This document shows positions 18,838 through 29,051 of a DNA stretch of 64,000 nt, piece after piece; position 1 is the first letter of the stretch, and each line of letters begins with the position of its first letter. Below the pieces are notes generated by a model. It was not told the DNA's origin, made no database searches, and worked only from the letters and a program-made list of their open reading frames with translations. A program made the position numbers and the translations under genes. The stretch covers positions 7,236-71,235 of the forward strand of contig CAYRJA010000002.1 in the NCBI GenBank assembly GCA_964424455.1. Reading direction: 5' to 3'. Source of the DNA: an uncultured Bifidobacteriaceae bacterium. Its GTDB lineage: Bacteria > Bacteroidota > Bacteroidia > Chitinophagales > UBA10324.

Positions 18838-20112
18838 TTATCGTAGAACAGATAATCTGTCCGCATCTAATTTAATAAGAATAAAAAGTAAAATGGTGAA
18901 TGACCAGAGCGATGAGCCGCCATAGCTGATAAAGGGCAAAGGAATTCCAATTACGGGGGCTAATCCGATAGTCATGCCGATATTTATCATCACATGAAAA
19001 AAGATGATGGAAGCAACGCCATAGGCATAAGCCCGGGAAAATACAGAACGTTGCCGTTCGGCAATCATCAGAATCCGTAACAGCAATCCGAGATAAATCA
19101 GAATTAACACAGTGCTTCCTAAGAAACCATATTCTTCTCCAATAGTGCAGAAGATAAAGTCTGTATGTTGTTCCGGTACAAAGTTGTATTTGGTAAGTGT
19201 GCCATGCAGAGGACCTTTTCCCAGAAATCCACCTGAGCCGATGGCAATTTTACTTTGACGGACATTGTAGTCGGCATCTTTCACATTCACATTCATGCCG
19301 AGCATTACCTGTATTCGTTGCTGCTGATGTGGTTTCAGAATTTTGTTAAATGCATAATCTGTTACAAAGACATAGGCAACAGAAGCAATTAACAAAGCGC
19401 TGATGAGTAAAATATTTTTTCTCGTTCTGCGTGCTGTGTATAAAGCGAGTGCGGCAATGGCAATAAGTGTTACAGTTAATATTATTTTATTAAAAAGGAG
19501 AGCAAATACAGAAAGAGCAAGAACAAAGACACCAAGAAGTAAAAACTCCCCAGGCAAGCCGAAGCGGTACAATACCAGAAAGAAGCAGAGAAAGACAAGA
19601 GTAGATCCGGTATCACCCTGCAACTGAATCATGGTGGCAGGAATAAAAATAATGGCAAGCGCTGTTAGCCGGGTACGCAGTGTTTTCATGTTCTGATTGG
19701 GATTGCTCAGAAACTTTGCAAGAGCGAGGTTGACTGCAAACTTTGCAAACTCCGACGGTTGGATCTGAAATGAACCGATTTCAAACCAGTTTTTATTTCC
19801 CTTTACTTCATGTCCGAAAAAGAAAACAGCAATAAGTAAAAGCATGATAGCTCCGTAAATAAAATAAGCAAATGCAGTGTAAAATTTATTGTCAATAACA
19901 ACAATGAAGAGTGCAAGAACTATAGATGTTCCAATCCAGATTAACTGGCGGATATAGATATGGTGAGTATCAAAGAAATTCTTAGTGGAGTCGTCGTAAC
20001 TGGAGGCAAACACAGCTATCCAGCCCACAGACATCAGCGCTGCATACAACAGGATGGTTATCCAGTCCAGATTGTTAGAAGTTTGCCGCCGGTCCTGAGT
20101 AGTGATAATCAT
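18838..20112 (-). CDS. rodA: rod shape-determining SEDS protein RodA
   Basis: 424 aa, polytopic, FtsW/RodA/SpoVE-like (HTDFIF..IGEE.G, PLPFISYGGSS). Follows mrdA with a 4-nt overlap. Confidence 0.9.
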   Translation of the reverse strand: MIITTQDRRQTSNNLDWITILLYAALMSVGWIAVFASSYDDSTKNFFDTHHIYIRQLIWIGTSIVLALFIVVIDNKFYTAFAYFIYGAIMLLLIAVFFFGHEVKGNKNWFEIGSFQIQPSEFAKFAVNLALAKFLSNPNQNMKTLRTRLTALAIIFIPATMIQLQGDTGSTLVFLCFFLVLYRFGLPGEFLLLGVFVLALSVFALLFNKIILTVTLIAIAALALYTARRTRKNILLISALLIASVAYVFVTDYAFNKILKPHQQQRIQVMLGMNVNVKDADYNVRQSKIAIGSGGFLGKGPLHGTLTKYNFVPEQHTDFIFCTIGEEYGFLGSTVLILIYLGLLLRILMIAERQRSVFSRAYAYGVASIIFFHVMINIGMTIGLAPVIGIPLPFISYGGSSLWSFTILLFILIKLDADRLSVLR

Positions 20113-21959
20113 TGTGAATGGTTAACAGAAGTTACATTTCTGGGGTGAATCAAATCTGCATCAAACATTCGCTGCTGAAGCGGCAGTCGTGATTTTGCTA
20201 TGGTATCGTTCAGGTATTTCTCCATCATCAAACTGGCAATAGGCGCCCCATAGGTAGCGCCGAATCCTGCATTCTCTACTATAACAGCAATGGCAATTTT
20301 AGGTGTATCAACCGGTGCAAATGCAATAAACAGAGAATGATCTTTACCATGTGGATTTTGTGCGGTTCCGGTTTTTCCGCCAACTGTAACACCCGGAATC
20401 TGTGCTACTCTGCCTGTACCTCCTTCCACTACATCGTGCATACTTTGTGCTATCAGATCAAACCAGTTTTTTTGGATTTTTACATCATGCCGGATACTGA
20501 ATTTCTTAGTATCTGTTGAATCACCATCAATTTTTCGGATAAGATGTGGTGAATAATAAAATCCTCTGTTCGCAATTAATGCCATGGCATTTGCCATTTG
20601 CAACGGCGTTTCACCTATTTCTCCCTGACCAATACTGAGTGAAATAACTGTAACAGAATTCCATGAACCTTTACCGTAGATTTTATTATAATATTCTGAC
20701 CCCGGCACAAATCCGTAGCCGGCACCGGGTAAATCAATATCCGGTTTTACTCCTAATCCCATTTGGTTCAGGTAATCTTTCCATGTGTTGAGTCCCTTTG
20801 CAACCGAATGATATTCGCGGTTATCAATAACTTTTCTGAAATTGTAACAGAAGTAAGCATTACAGGAATGCTCTACGGCTTGCTGAATATTACTGACTAA
20901 TCCACTGTGATGACATCCTACACGAAGACCTCCCACATAGTAAGCGCCAAGGCAGTTGTATGGCTCATTCGGATTAATAACGCCTTCTTCTAACCCGATT
21001 AGTCCCAGTAGAGGTTTGTAAATAGAGCCGGGAGGATATGCGGCTTTTAAAGGGCGAACAAATAGTGGCTTTAAAGAATCAGCCAGCAGTGATTTAAAAT
21101 TTTTACCTCTATCGCGACCGGTAAGTAACCGCGGATCATAGGAAGGGCTGCTCACCATGGCAAGAATTTCGCCGGTAGCCGGTTCAATGGCTACGATGCT
21201 TCCTATTTTTCCTGACATCAGTTTCTCACCATATTGTTGTAATTCAATATCAATAGTGGTGTACATATTTTTTCCGGGGGTTGCCAGTGTATCAAATTCA
21301 CCATTACTAAAACTGCCTTGTAACCGGTTATGTACATCCACTAACATTACCTGTTTCCCCTTTGTACCTCGCAATTGTTTTTCATAATACAATTCTAATC
21401 CACTGGTTCCGATATAATCGCCTTTCTGATAATCGCCATCGCTCTTTTCAATCTGAGAAGGTGTTACTTCGGAAATATAGCCCAACACATGAGCTGCTGC
21501 AGGATAAGGATAAGTACGCACCGTGTGTACCTGGGTAAAAAATCCCGGATACATGAATAAGTCTTCCTGTAATCGAGCATACAAATCCGGTTGGATGTGT
21601 GGTACAATTACCGATGGCTTGTATCTGGAATATTTATAGAGCCGGTCAAACTCACTCTTAAAAAGATTAATGTCAATTCCTAAAGTGTTACAGAGCGCTG
21701 CAGTATCCATCTGTTTCACCTGTCCGGGTGTTACCAGTAAGTCATATTCTGCCTGATTATAAAGAATTAATCTACCTTTTCTGTCATAGATTAATCCACG
21801 AGCAGGATAAAGTGTTACAGGTCGAAGTACATTGTTATTAGCTAATTGTTTATTTCTCTTGTCTAATACCTGAAGATACAGCAAGCGGACAACAAAAATG
21901 CTGCAGATAATAATAAAGACAGCAGCAATAACCTTTCTCCTTGACGATAATAAATCCAT
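20109..21959 (-). CDS. mrdA: penicillin-binding protein 2 (transpeptidase)
   Basis: N-terminal anchor, SxxK (PGSIYKP) and KTG (GGKTGTAQ). Position in the mre operon supports the call. Confidence 0.9.
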   Translation of the reverse strand: MDLLSSRRKVIAAVFIIICSIFVVRLLYLQVLDKRNKQLANNNVLRPVTLYPARGLIYDRKGRLILYNQAEYDLLVTPGQVKQMDTAALCNTLGIDINLFKSEFDRLYKYSRYKPSVIVPHIQPDLYARLQEDLFMYPGFFTQVHTVRTYPYPAAAHVLGYISEVTPSQIEKSDGDYQKGDYIGTSGLELYYEKQLRGTKGKQVMLVDVHNRLQGSFSNGEFDTLATPGKNMYTTIDIELQQYGEKLMSGKIGSIVAIEPATGEILAMVSSPSYDPRLLTGRDRGKNFKSLLADSLKPLFVRPLKAAYPPGSIYKPLLGLIGLEEGVINPNEPYNCLGAYYVGGLRVGCHHSGLVSNIQQAVEHSCNAYFCYNFRKVIDNREYHSVAKGLNTWKDYLNQMGLGVKPDIDLPGAGYGFVPGSEYYNKIYGKGSWNSVTVISLSIGQGEIGETPLQMANAMALIANRGFYYSPHLIRKIDGDSTDTKKFSIRHDVKIQKNWFDLIAQSMHDVVEGGTGRVAQIPGVTVGGKTGTAQNPHGKDHSLFIAFAPVDTPKIAIAVIVENAGFGATYGAPIASLMMEKYLNDTIAKSRLPLQQRMFDADLIHPRNVTSVNHSQ

Positions 21960-21965
21960 TACCGG

Positions 21966-22481
21966 CTATTTCAATTTTCTTCTCATGAATAAATACTCCG
22001 AAACTACAATAAGTGAAATAGATAGCAATGTGCTGATGATAATTTTTGTCAGAATAAAAATGATTTGAGAGAATCCGAGTGTTTCCAGAAAGAAAAAACA
22101 CAAGTGGTGAACAATGATGAGCAGTGAAATGTAAGTGATAAACCAGCGGAAACCCATATAACCAAGAGTGGGTTTGTCTTCAGGCTGATAGCCGCCACTG
22201 GGCTGAATAAGATGGAGTACCTGCGGGCGCATAAAGGCAAGGAGTGTAGTAGCAGCAGCGTGCATTCCCATTGTGTTACTGAACAAGTCTATTGTAATGC
22301 CTGTTGCAAAACCGAGTAACAGCAGCAGCCAGTAAGGAGTGTTAATCGGTAACAGTAAAATAAAAAGTGGGTAAATGTATGGATTGAAGACACCATTCAA
22401 TTGCAGATTGTTCAATATCAGCACCTGCACGAATACCAGCAGGAGAAAACGAATAAGCTGAGAAAAAATATTGAACATCAT
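21966..22481 (-). CDS. mreD: rod shape-determining protein MreD
   Basis: 171-aa polytopic membrane protein between mreC and mrdA. Confidence 0.75.
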   Translation of the reverse strand: MMFNIFSQLIRFLLLVFVQVLILNNLQLNGVFNPYIYPLFILLLPINTPYWLLLLLGFATGITIDLFSNTMGMHAAATTLLAFMRPQVLHLIQPSGGYQPEDKPTLGYMGFRWFITYISLLIIVHHLCFFFLETLGFSQIIFILTKIIISTLLSISLIVVSEYLFMRRKLK

Positions 22482-23305
22482 TCCTTATTGCTTTTTTCTA
22501 ATTTTTCCAGTTCGTCTTTCATCAGGTTGTTTACTACATATACATACGATAAACTTCGAAAGTCAGTAGAAAGCTTCACTTGTATATCATAAAAGTTATC
22601 AGTTGTTTTTGAACTGAAATTTGCAATCGTACCGATAAGAATATTTTCCGGAAACTTCAGTGATGATCCGCTGGTAAAAACCTTATCTCCAAGGGTAATT
22701 TTTATCTGCTTAGGTATTTCATCTAACTGTGCAAACTCAGGACTCTTCCCGTTCCAACTCAATGATCCAAGATTTCCTCCTGCACCCACCCGTGCGCTGA
22801 TGCGGAAATCTTTATGTAACAGAGGAATTACAGAAGAAAAGTTTTCAGAAACATCCTTAACAATACCCACAATTCCATTAGAGCCGATTACAGCCATTTT
22901 TATTTTTACTCCGGCAAGCGAACCTTTGTCTATCGTTATGTAATTATTGATTTTGTTGGTAGTGATGTTCACGACTTTAGCAGGAATATAACTGTACATT
23001 TGTTTGAAAGCGCTGTCTGTAACATTCACTTGTTGAAAAGTGGTATTGTAAAAAGAGCTTCGTAATTGATTTCTTAATTCAGCATTTTCATTTGCCAGCC
23101 GTTCATTCTCTTGCTTCAGTTGTAAATACTCCATCAATCCACTGTAAACGGAAAAAGTTTTTCCGGCTATCTCATTGGATGAATTAATGAAGGCAGACTG
23201 ATGATAATTATTATTCTGAATAATTAGAATTACACTGACGGATTCTAAAAAAAGAAACAGAATAAATGCGTTATGTCTGAGTAAAAAAGATAAAAGATTA
23301 CGCAT
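22478..23305 (-). CDS. mreC: rod shape-determining protein MreC
   Basis: 275 aa with an N-terminal anchor, a coiled coil (LQLKQENERLANENAELRNQL) and a beta-rich C-terminal part. Downstream of mreB. Confidence 0.85.
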   Translation of the reverse strand: MRNLLSFLLRHNAFILFLFLESVSVILIIQNNNYHQSAFINSSNEIAGKTFSVYSGLMEYLQLKQENERLANENAELRNQLRSSFYNTTFQQVNVTDSAFKQMYSYIPAKVVNITTNKINNYITIDKGSLAGVKIKMAVIGSNGIVGIVKDVSENFSSVIPLLHKDFRISARVGAGGNLGSLSWNGKSPEFAQLDEIPKQIKITLGDKVFTSGSSLKFPENILIGTIANFSSKTTDNFYDIQVKLSTDFRSLSYVYVVNNLMKDELEKLEKSNKE

Positions 23306-23403
23306 TGGTTATAATTATCATTCAGAGCGCAGTGAGGAATCTGTTTAGGAAAGTGATGAGATGAATTCGCTTTGCTTGCGATGATAGTACAGAATGCTCA
23401 CTT

Positions 23404-24426
23404 TTAAACCATCAGGAAGGGATAGCGCCCGGGATTTTTTAGTGCGATACCGGTTCCACGCACCACTGCACGAAGTGGATCATCTGCCACGCTTACATTC
23501 AATTTAGTTTTTGCTGAAAGGCGTTTGTCCAATCCGCGAAGCAAAGCGCCGCCACCCGTCAAATGCAACCCTGTGCTGTGAATATCAGAAGCTAATTCAG
23601 GAGGAGTAGTCTCCAATGCTTTCAATACCGCTTCTTCAATTTTTGAAATGGATTTATCAAGCGCATGAGCAATCTCAGAATAGGAAACGGTAATTTGTTT
23701 CGGAATTCCTGTCATCAGGTCACGACCGTTTACAGGGAAATCATCAGGTGCATCATCCAACTCAGTGATAGCAGCGCCGACATTTATTTTTATTGCTTCA
23801 GCAGTTCGCTCACCGATTAACATATTGTGCTGACGACGAACATAGTCAACAATATCTGCCGTGAACTCATCACCTGCCACGCGAATGCTCTGGTCGCAGA
23901 CAATTCCTGCAAGAGCAATTACCGAAATTCCTGTTGTGCCTCCGCCAATATCAATAATCATATTGCCTATCGGCTCTTCCACATCAATACCGATTCCAAG
24001 CGCTGCCGCCATAGGTTCATGTATCAGATATACTTCACGACCTCCTGCTTGTTCAGCGCTGTCTTTTACTGCACGCTTTTCCACTTCGGTAATGCTGCTC
24101 GGAATGCAAATCACCATTTTCCAGGAAGGAGTAAATAAAAATCCTTTCGGGTGAATCATCTTAATCATTTCCCGAATCATAATTTCCGCAGCATTGAAAT
24201 CTGCAATCACACCATCACGCAGAGGACGAATTGTCTTCAGTGTTTCATGCGTTTTCTCGTGCATCTGCATTGCCTTCTTTCCTACAGCAACTACTTTACC
24301 TGTAATACGATTGATAGCTACAATAGATGGCTCATCAACCACAACTTTATCATTATGGATAATGACAGTGTTTGCAGTGCCAAGGTCAATAGCTATTTCC
24401 TTAGTGAGAAAATTAAAAAGCCCCAT
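23404..24426 (-). CDS. mreB: rod shape-determining actin homologue MreB
   Basis: 340 aa with actin-fold phosphate motifs (IAIDLGTANT, IIDIGGGTT). Confidence 0.95.
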   Translation of the reverse strand: MGLFNFLTKEIAIDLGTANTVIIHNDKVVVDEPSIVAINRITGKVVAVGKKAMQMHEKTHETLKTIRPLRDGVIADFNAAEIMIREMIKMIHPKGFLFTPSWKMVICIPSSITEVEKRAVKDSAEQAGGREVYLIHEPMAAALGIGIDVEEPIGNMIIDIGGGTTGISVIALAGIVCDQSIRVAGDEFTADIVDYVRRQHNMLIGERTAEAIKINVGAAITELDDAPDDFPVNGRDLMTGIPKQITVSYSEIAHALDKSISKIEEAVLKALETTPPELASDIHSTGLHLTGGGALLRGLDKRLSAKTKLNVSVADDPLRAVVRGTGIALKNPGRYPFLMV

Positions 24427-24597
24427 TGTGTCAGGAAGAAAGATTAATTATTAATTGTCGCAAATTTTAAAAATTATTACGGGATAAAACGATAAATATT
24501 ATAAGATTAAAACAAAGGTTACTAACAATGCCTGTGACGACTGTTCAGTAAGCATAAAAAGAAGGGTAAAATCCATTTTAACATATCTTCACCCGCA

Positions 24598-24837
24598 ATG
24601 AATAATCTTCCGTCTTTCACACTATCGCAGATTGCCCTTCGTAATGGACAGGATAAGCCGGAAATATGGGTGGCATATAAGGGATTGATATATGATGTAA
24701 CAGATAGCCGCCTTTGGAGAAACGGTCATCACTATGAACATTGGGCGGGACAGGATTTAACTTCTGAACTGGAAATGGCGCCACACACCGAGAAAGTTTT
24801 TGAAAGAATGAAAGTAATAGGAGTGTTGGTGAGATAG
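24598..24837 (+). CDS. small cytochrome b5-like heme/steroid-binding domain protein
   Basis: 79 aa. The pattern EIWVAYKGLIYDVTDSRLWRNGHHYEHWAGQDLT resembles the cyt-b5-like family. Assignment from memory. Confidence 0.5.
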   Translation: MNNLPSFTLSQIALRNGQDKPEIWVAYKGLIYDVTDSRLWRNGHHYEHWAGQDLTSELEMAPHTEKVFERMKVIGVLVR

Positions 24838-24941
24838 GCAGCATATATTAAATATTTTTTGTATTGTATTTCGTAACTCTTTTCACCTTAGTTTAAAATA
24901 TGATTCTGAAAATATAACTTTATAACTCCAAACCATTTTTT

Positions 24942-26795
24942 ATGAAAAAGATAATTATTTCACTGCTTATTTCTATTGCTGCATTTAGTGTAAACGCACA
25001 ACTTCCATTTACCCAATCAACACTTATCACAGGACTTAGCCAACCGGTAGCTTTTAATTTTGCACCGAATGACTACCGCATCTTTGTAACGATTAAACCC
25101 GGACAGATTCTGGTCTATAACCTGAATGGAACTCCGATAGGAACTTTTTACAATCTTGCTGATTCAACTGTAACAACCGGCGAACAAGGAGTTATTGGAA
25201 TATGTTTTGACCCGGAATACAACAGCAATCACTATGTGTATGTTTACTACAATCACCGTTATCCTAACAACAGCAGTGGTAATCAGGCAATCCGCATTAT
25301 CCGGTTTACAGACAATAACAATACAGGAACCAATCCAACCATTATTATGAACATTCCGGTTTCCAATACCATACCGGGTAATCATGTGGCGGGCAATATC
25401 CGTTTCAGACCTTCTGACAATAAATTATATATCGCAATCGGAGAGTTGGGTACACCCGCAAATGCAACTGTTACAACCAACCCATTTGGTAAAATACTTC
25501 GCATTAATAAAGACGGTAGTATTCCTTCCGACAACCCATTTTACGATGACGGAAACCCTGCCACAGGGAAAGACGATCGTATCTGGGAATACGGTCACCG
25601 CAATCCTTTTGATTTTACTTTTGGTACTAATGACTCTCTTTATATTTCAGAAAACGGAGCCAGTGTCCGTGATGAGTGTAACTTAGGTACCCGTGGCGGC
25701 AACTACGGATGGTATTTTTGTGAAGGAGATAAGCAAACGAACTCGAATACACTATGCAACAATCCGGCTTACATCAATCCGCTTACTGTGTTTGAACCCA
25801 TTCCTGCTGTTACAGGAATTGTTTTTTATGATGCCTGTATGTTTCCTGAATACAAAAACCATTTACTGATTGGAAGCAACAAGAAAGGAGAATTATTTGA
25901 TTGTGTATTGGGAAATGCTCCTGCGTTTAATACAGTTACCAGTAACACTTTAATAGCAGACATTGCACCGAGCGGCGGCTTAACTACACTGATGGTAGGA
26001 CCGGAAGGAGCCATTTACGCTATGAATGGCGGTTATACAGCCAATGGCAGCATCTTCAAACTTTCACGCAGCGTTACCACTCCTTCCATTGTGGCAAATG
26101 GACCAACTACTTTTTGCCGTCCCGGAAACGTGTTGTTAACGGCATCTCCTTCAGGTGCTCCTCTTCAGTGGTATAAAGACAATGTAGTTATTAACGGAGC
26201 TACTTCTAACACATATCTTGCATCTACAAACGGCGCTTATCATGTTAAGACATGTGATATCAGCAGTAATAACATTAAGGTAAGGGTCAAAAATCGCCCG
26301 GAAGCAACTGTAACACCTGATGGTATTCAAACGGTTTGTTCAGGAAGTTTTATTTTGCTCAAAGCAAATTCAGGCGTAGGACTTACTTATCAATGGACAA
26401 GATATAACAACCCTATAGCCGGCGCAACAAACAGTACTTACAGAGCCAGAAGACCGGGCAGAACAAGAGTAATTGTAACAGGCACTAATGGTTGCACAAA
26501 GACATCACCGGCTACAATAATTCAGGTACAGTCCTGTACACGGAAAGAAAATATCTCAAATGAGGAAGTCTCTGTTTTTCCCAATCCAAGTAACGGAACA
26601 TTCACATTTATCCCGGACAACAATACATTTTTTCAGATTCAGGTAATGGATTTACAGGGAAGAATTATAGAAGAAAGGAAGGGTGTTCAGAAACAAGAAA
26701 CTCTCGGCGGGAAATGGACAGCGGGAATTTACTTAGCAAAATTTATGAACAGTTATGGAACTGTTACAGTAAAGAAATTAGTGAAGACAGAGTAA
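24942..26795 (+). CDS. PQQ-dependent sugar dehydrogenase-like beta-propeller with T9SS type-A C-terminal domain
   Basis: Signal peptide. SGDH-like motifs (GEQGVIG..FDP, WEYGHRNPFDF). Ig-like middle region. Tail VFPNPSNGTFTF...GIYLAKF. Confidence 0.7.
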   Translation: MKKIIISLLISIAAFSVNAQLPFTQSTLITGLSQPVAFNFAPNDYRIFVTIKPGQILVYNLNGTPIGTFYNLADSTVTTGEQGVIGICFDPEYNSNHYVYVYYNHRYPNNSSGNQAIRIIRFTDNNNTGTNPTIIMNIPVSNTIPGNHVAGNIRFRPSDNKLYIAIGELGTPANATVTTNPFGKILRINKDGSIPSDNPFYDDGNPATGKDDRIWEYGHRNPFDFTFGTNDSLYISENGASVRDECNLGTRGGNYGWYFCEGDKQTNSNTLCNNPAYINPLTVFEPIPAVTGIVFYDACMFPEYKNHLLIGSNKKGELFDCVLGNAPAFNTVTSNTLIADIAPSGGLTTLMVGPEGAIYAMNGGYTANGSIFKLSRSVTTPSIVANGPTTFCRPGNVLLTASPSGAPLQWYKDNVVINGATSNTYLASTNGAYHVKTCDISSNNIKVRVKNRPEATVTPDGIQTVCSGSFILLKANSGVGLTYQWTRYNNPIAGATNSTYRARRPGRTRVIVTGTNGCTKTSPATIIQVQSCTRKENISNEEVSVFPNPSNGTFTFIPDNNTFFQIQVMDLQGRIIEERKGVQKQETLGGKWTAGIYLAKFMNSYGTVTVKKLVKTE

Positions 26796-26804
26796 CAGCA
26801 GAGA

Positions 26805-27740
26805 TTAATCTACCAGCGAAATATCAAACTGAACCAGATTCACAAATTCCTGAAGCCGGTCTTCAATATCTTCATGTGTGAGTGAAATAAGTCGCTCTGT
26901 TCCGAATTTCTCCACACAAAAAGATGCCATAGCAGAGCCATAAATAATTGCACGCTTCATGTTATCAAATGAAATATCATCTGTTTGAGCCAGGTAACCG
27001 ATAAATCCACCTGCAAAACTGTCCCCTGCGCCTGTCGGGTCAAAGACATCTTCAAGCGGAAGAGCAGGTGCAAAAAACACATTCTTCTCATGAAATAGCA
27101 GCGCACCATGTTCTCCTTTCTTAATAATAAGATAGCGGGGACCCATAGTTAAGATTTTATGAGCTGCTTTTACTAATGAATACTCGTTGGACAACTCCCG
27201 GGCTTCAGCATCATTAATAGTCAGCACATCAATTTTAGCAATTACTTCCATTAATTCTTTAGGAGCATTTGACATCCAGAAATTCATAGTGTCCATCACT
27301 ACAAGACGAGGACGCTTCTTCATTCTTTCCAACACCTTCATTTGTACTGCGGGTGTAAGGTTTCCCAACATCAGATATTCGCTTCCCTGATAAGAATCCG
27401 GAATTATAGGATCAAAATCTGCCAGCACATTCAGTTCTGTAGCAAGCGTATCGCGCGTATTCATATCCAGATGGTATTTACCCGCCCAGAAAAATGATTT
27501 TTCATTTTCTCTTATTTGCAGCCCTTCTGTCTTAACCCCTCTTTCATTCAACATAAAAATCTGTTGCTTTGGAAAATCACCGCCAACCACTGAGATTAAG
27601 TTAACTTGTTTGGTAAAATATGATGCAGTCAGCGAAATATAAGTAGCAGCGCCACCAATAATTTTATCAGTTTTGCCAAATGGAGTTTCTATTGCATCAA
27701 ATGCAACTGTACCGACTACCGTAATGGAAGATTTACTCAT
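26805..27740 (-). CDS. PfkB-family carbohydrate kinase
   Basis: 311 aa. N-terminal GG pair (IIGGAATY) and the ribokinase-family signature DPTGAGDSFAGGF. Confidence 0.8.
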   Translation of the reverse strand: MSKSSITVVGTVAFDAIETPFGKTDKIIGGAATYISLTASYFTKQVNLISVVGGDFPKQQIFMLNERGVKTEGLQIRENEKSFFWAGKYHLDMNTRDTLATELNVLADFDPIIPDSYQGSEYLMLGNLTPAVQMKVLERMKKRPRLVVMDTMNFWMSNAPKELMEVIAKIDVLTINDAEARELSNEYSLVKAAHKILTMGPRYLIIKKGEHGALLFHEKNVFFAPALPLEDVFDPTGAGDSFAGGFIGYLAQTDDISFDNMKRAIIYGSAMASFCVEKFGTERLISLTHEDIEDRLQEFVNLVQFDISLVD

Positions 27741-27882
27741 ATAGTAAAATAAATTTTGCGGCGCAAAGATGAATGAAGTTGTTGGGATTGAGAAATACTA
27801 AAGCAGATTACTTTTTATTGCAATAATCTCAGGAATCAGAGCGGATTTCCGGTAATGAATTTATTAATGTTTTTTTCAGTAT

Positions 27883-27890
27883 TATATTTG
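27883..27890 (+). promoter_or_regulatory. candidate -7 box (TAnnTTTG)
   Basis: TATATTTG lies 15 nt upstream of the deoC ATG. Confidence 0.3.
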
Positions 27891-27904
27891 TACAATTAAG
27901 AACT

Positions 27905-28564
27905 ATGGCAAAAGAATTTGATAAGAATATAGCTTCAAGAATTGATCACACAATTCTTCGCCCTGACACTAAGCTATCAGAAATAGAAAAGTTGTGCGAC
28001 GAAGCAAAAGAATATGAGTTTGCGGCAGTATGCATACCTCCATATTTTGTAAAGAAAGCAGCAGATTTTTTAAAGAAGAGCAATGTAAAAGTTGCAACAG
28101 TTGTCGGTTTTCCGCTCGGCTATACCTGTACATCTGCAAAAGTGGAAGAAGCAAAGCGCGCCATCAGCGACGGTGCAGATGAGATAGATATGGTGATGAA
28201 CATAGCGGCGCTGAAAGAAAAAAATTACAAATATGTGTTGGATGATATGCAGAGTGTGGCAACCATTGCGCATCAGCACGATAAGATAGTTAAAGTAATC
28301 ATTGAGATTTCATTACTTACCAAAGAAGAAATAAAAAAAAGTTGTGATTTGGCGCGAAACGCAGGAGCAGATTTTGTTAAAACTTCTACGGGTTTTACCG
28401 GAGGAGGAGCCACTTTGGAAGCAGTGAAACTGATTCGTGCCTCTATATCAAAGAAAATGAAAGTAAAAGCATCCGGAGGAGTGCGCGACCGTGAAACAGC
28501 TTTGAAGATGATTGAAGCCGGCGCGGACAGAATCGGCACTTCGTCAGGTGTTAAAATTGTGTAA
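27905..28564 (+). CDS. deoC: deoxyribose-phosphate aldolase
   Basis: 219 aa. IDHTILRPDT, the active-site Lys context DFVKTSTGF, and KASGGVR. Confidence 0.9.
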   Translation: MAKEFDKNIASRIDHTILRPDTKLSEIEKLCDEAKEYEFAAVCIPPYFVKKAADFLKKSNVKVATVVGFPLGYTCTSAKVEEAKRAISDGADEIDMVMNIAALKEKNYKYVLDDMQSVATIAHQHDKIVKVIIEISLLTKEEIKKSCDLARNAGADFVKTSTGFTGGGATLEAVKLIRASISKKMKVKASGGVRDRETALKMIEAGADRIGTSSGVKIV

Positions 28565-28565
28565 G

Positions 28566-28982
28566 ATGAAAAACACTTTTTTAATACTGTTCATGCTAAA
28601 TCTGAGTTGCTCAGGTTTATCTGTTGCACAAACTGTAACAGACACATTACCCAATAAAAATGTAGTGATTGTTCAGGACTCATTGATTAAATTTCTGATA
28701 GAGCAAAACACACTCAATAACGAACAGAAGAAATCAATATCCGGCTTCCGCGTACAGATTATCAGCAGCACAAACAGGAAAGAGGTTCTTGAGCAGAAAG
28801 CGCTTTTTGAACAGCTTTATCCTGATACAAAAGCATATTTTCTTTACCAGCAACCTTACTTTAAACTTCGTGTAGGCGATTTTCAGATGAGAATAAATGC
28901 AAATCAGTTTCTTCAGGTTGTTTTAAAAGATTTTGATTCGGCGTTTATTGTACCCGACGACATTAGTGTTACAGAGGAATAA
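28566..28982 (+). CDS. SPOR-domain-like protein
   Basis: ATG at 28566 (MKNTFLILFML signal), 1 nt after the deoC stop. The C-terminal half (FRVQIISSTNRKE...KAYFLYQQPYFKLRVGDF) looks like a SPOR fold. The track start at 28512 was trimmed. Confidence 0.55.
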   Translation: MKNTFLILFMLNLSCSGLSVAQTVTDTLPNKNVVIVQDSLIKFLIEQNTLNNEQKKSISGFRVQIISSTNRKEVLEQKALFEQLYPDTKAYFLYQQPYFKLRVGDFQMRINANQFLQVVLKDFDSAFIVPDDISVTEE

Positions 28983-28997
28983 TTTTCCTTAATATAA

Positions 28998-29046
28998 ATG
29001 TGTAACAGACAGCAGATATTTTCTGCCTGTTACACATCTTTTTATT
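28998..29046 (+). terminator. intrinsic terminator built from an inverted pair of the TGTWACA word
   Basis: ATGTGTAACAG (28998-29008) pairs perfectly with CTGTTACACAT (29027-29037). An inner GCAGA/TCTGC segment (29012-16/29022-26) adds 5 bp, and the loop is 5 nt. A T5 run follows at 29039-29043. The hairpin lies between convergent genes ending at 28982 and 29052. Confidence 0.75.
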
Positions 29047-29051
29047 ACTAC

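Noticed and set aside
23827-24454. Four plus-strand ORFs (86-103 aa) from the track lying inside mreB.
   Set aside because: They are antisense shadows of a highly conserved gene. Their translations are low-complexity with no motifs. mreB fully explains the region.
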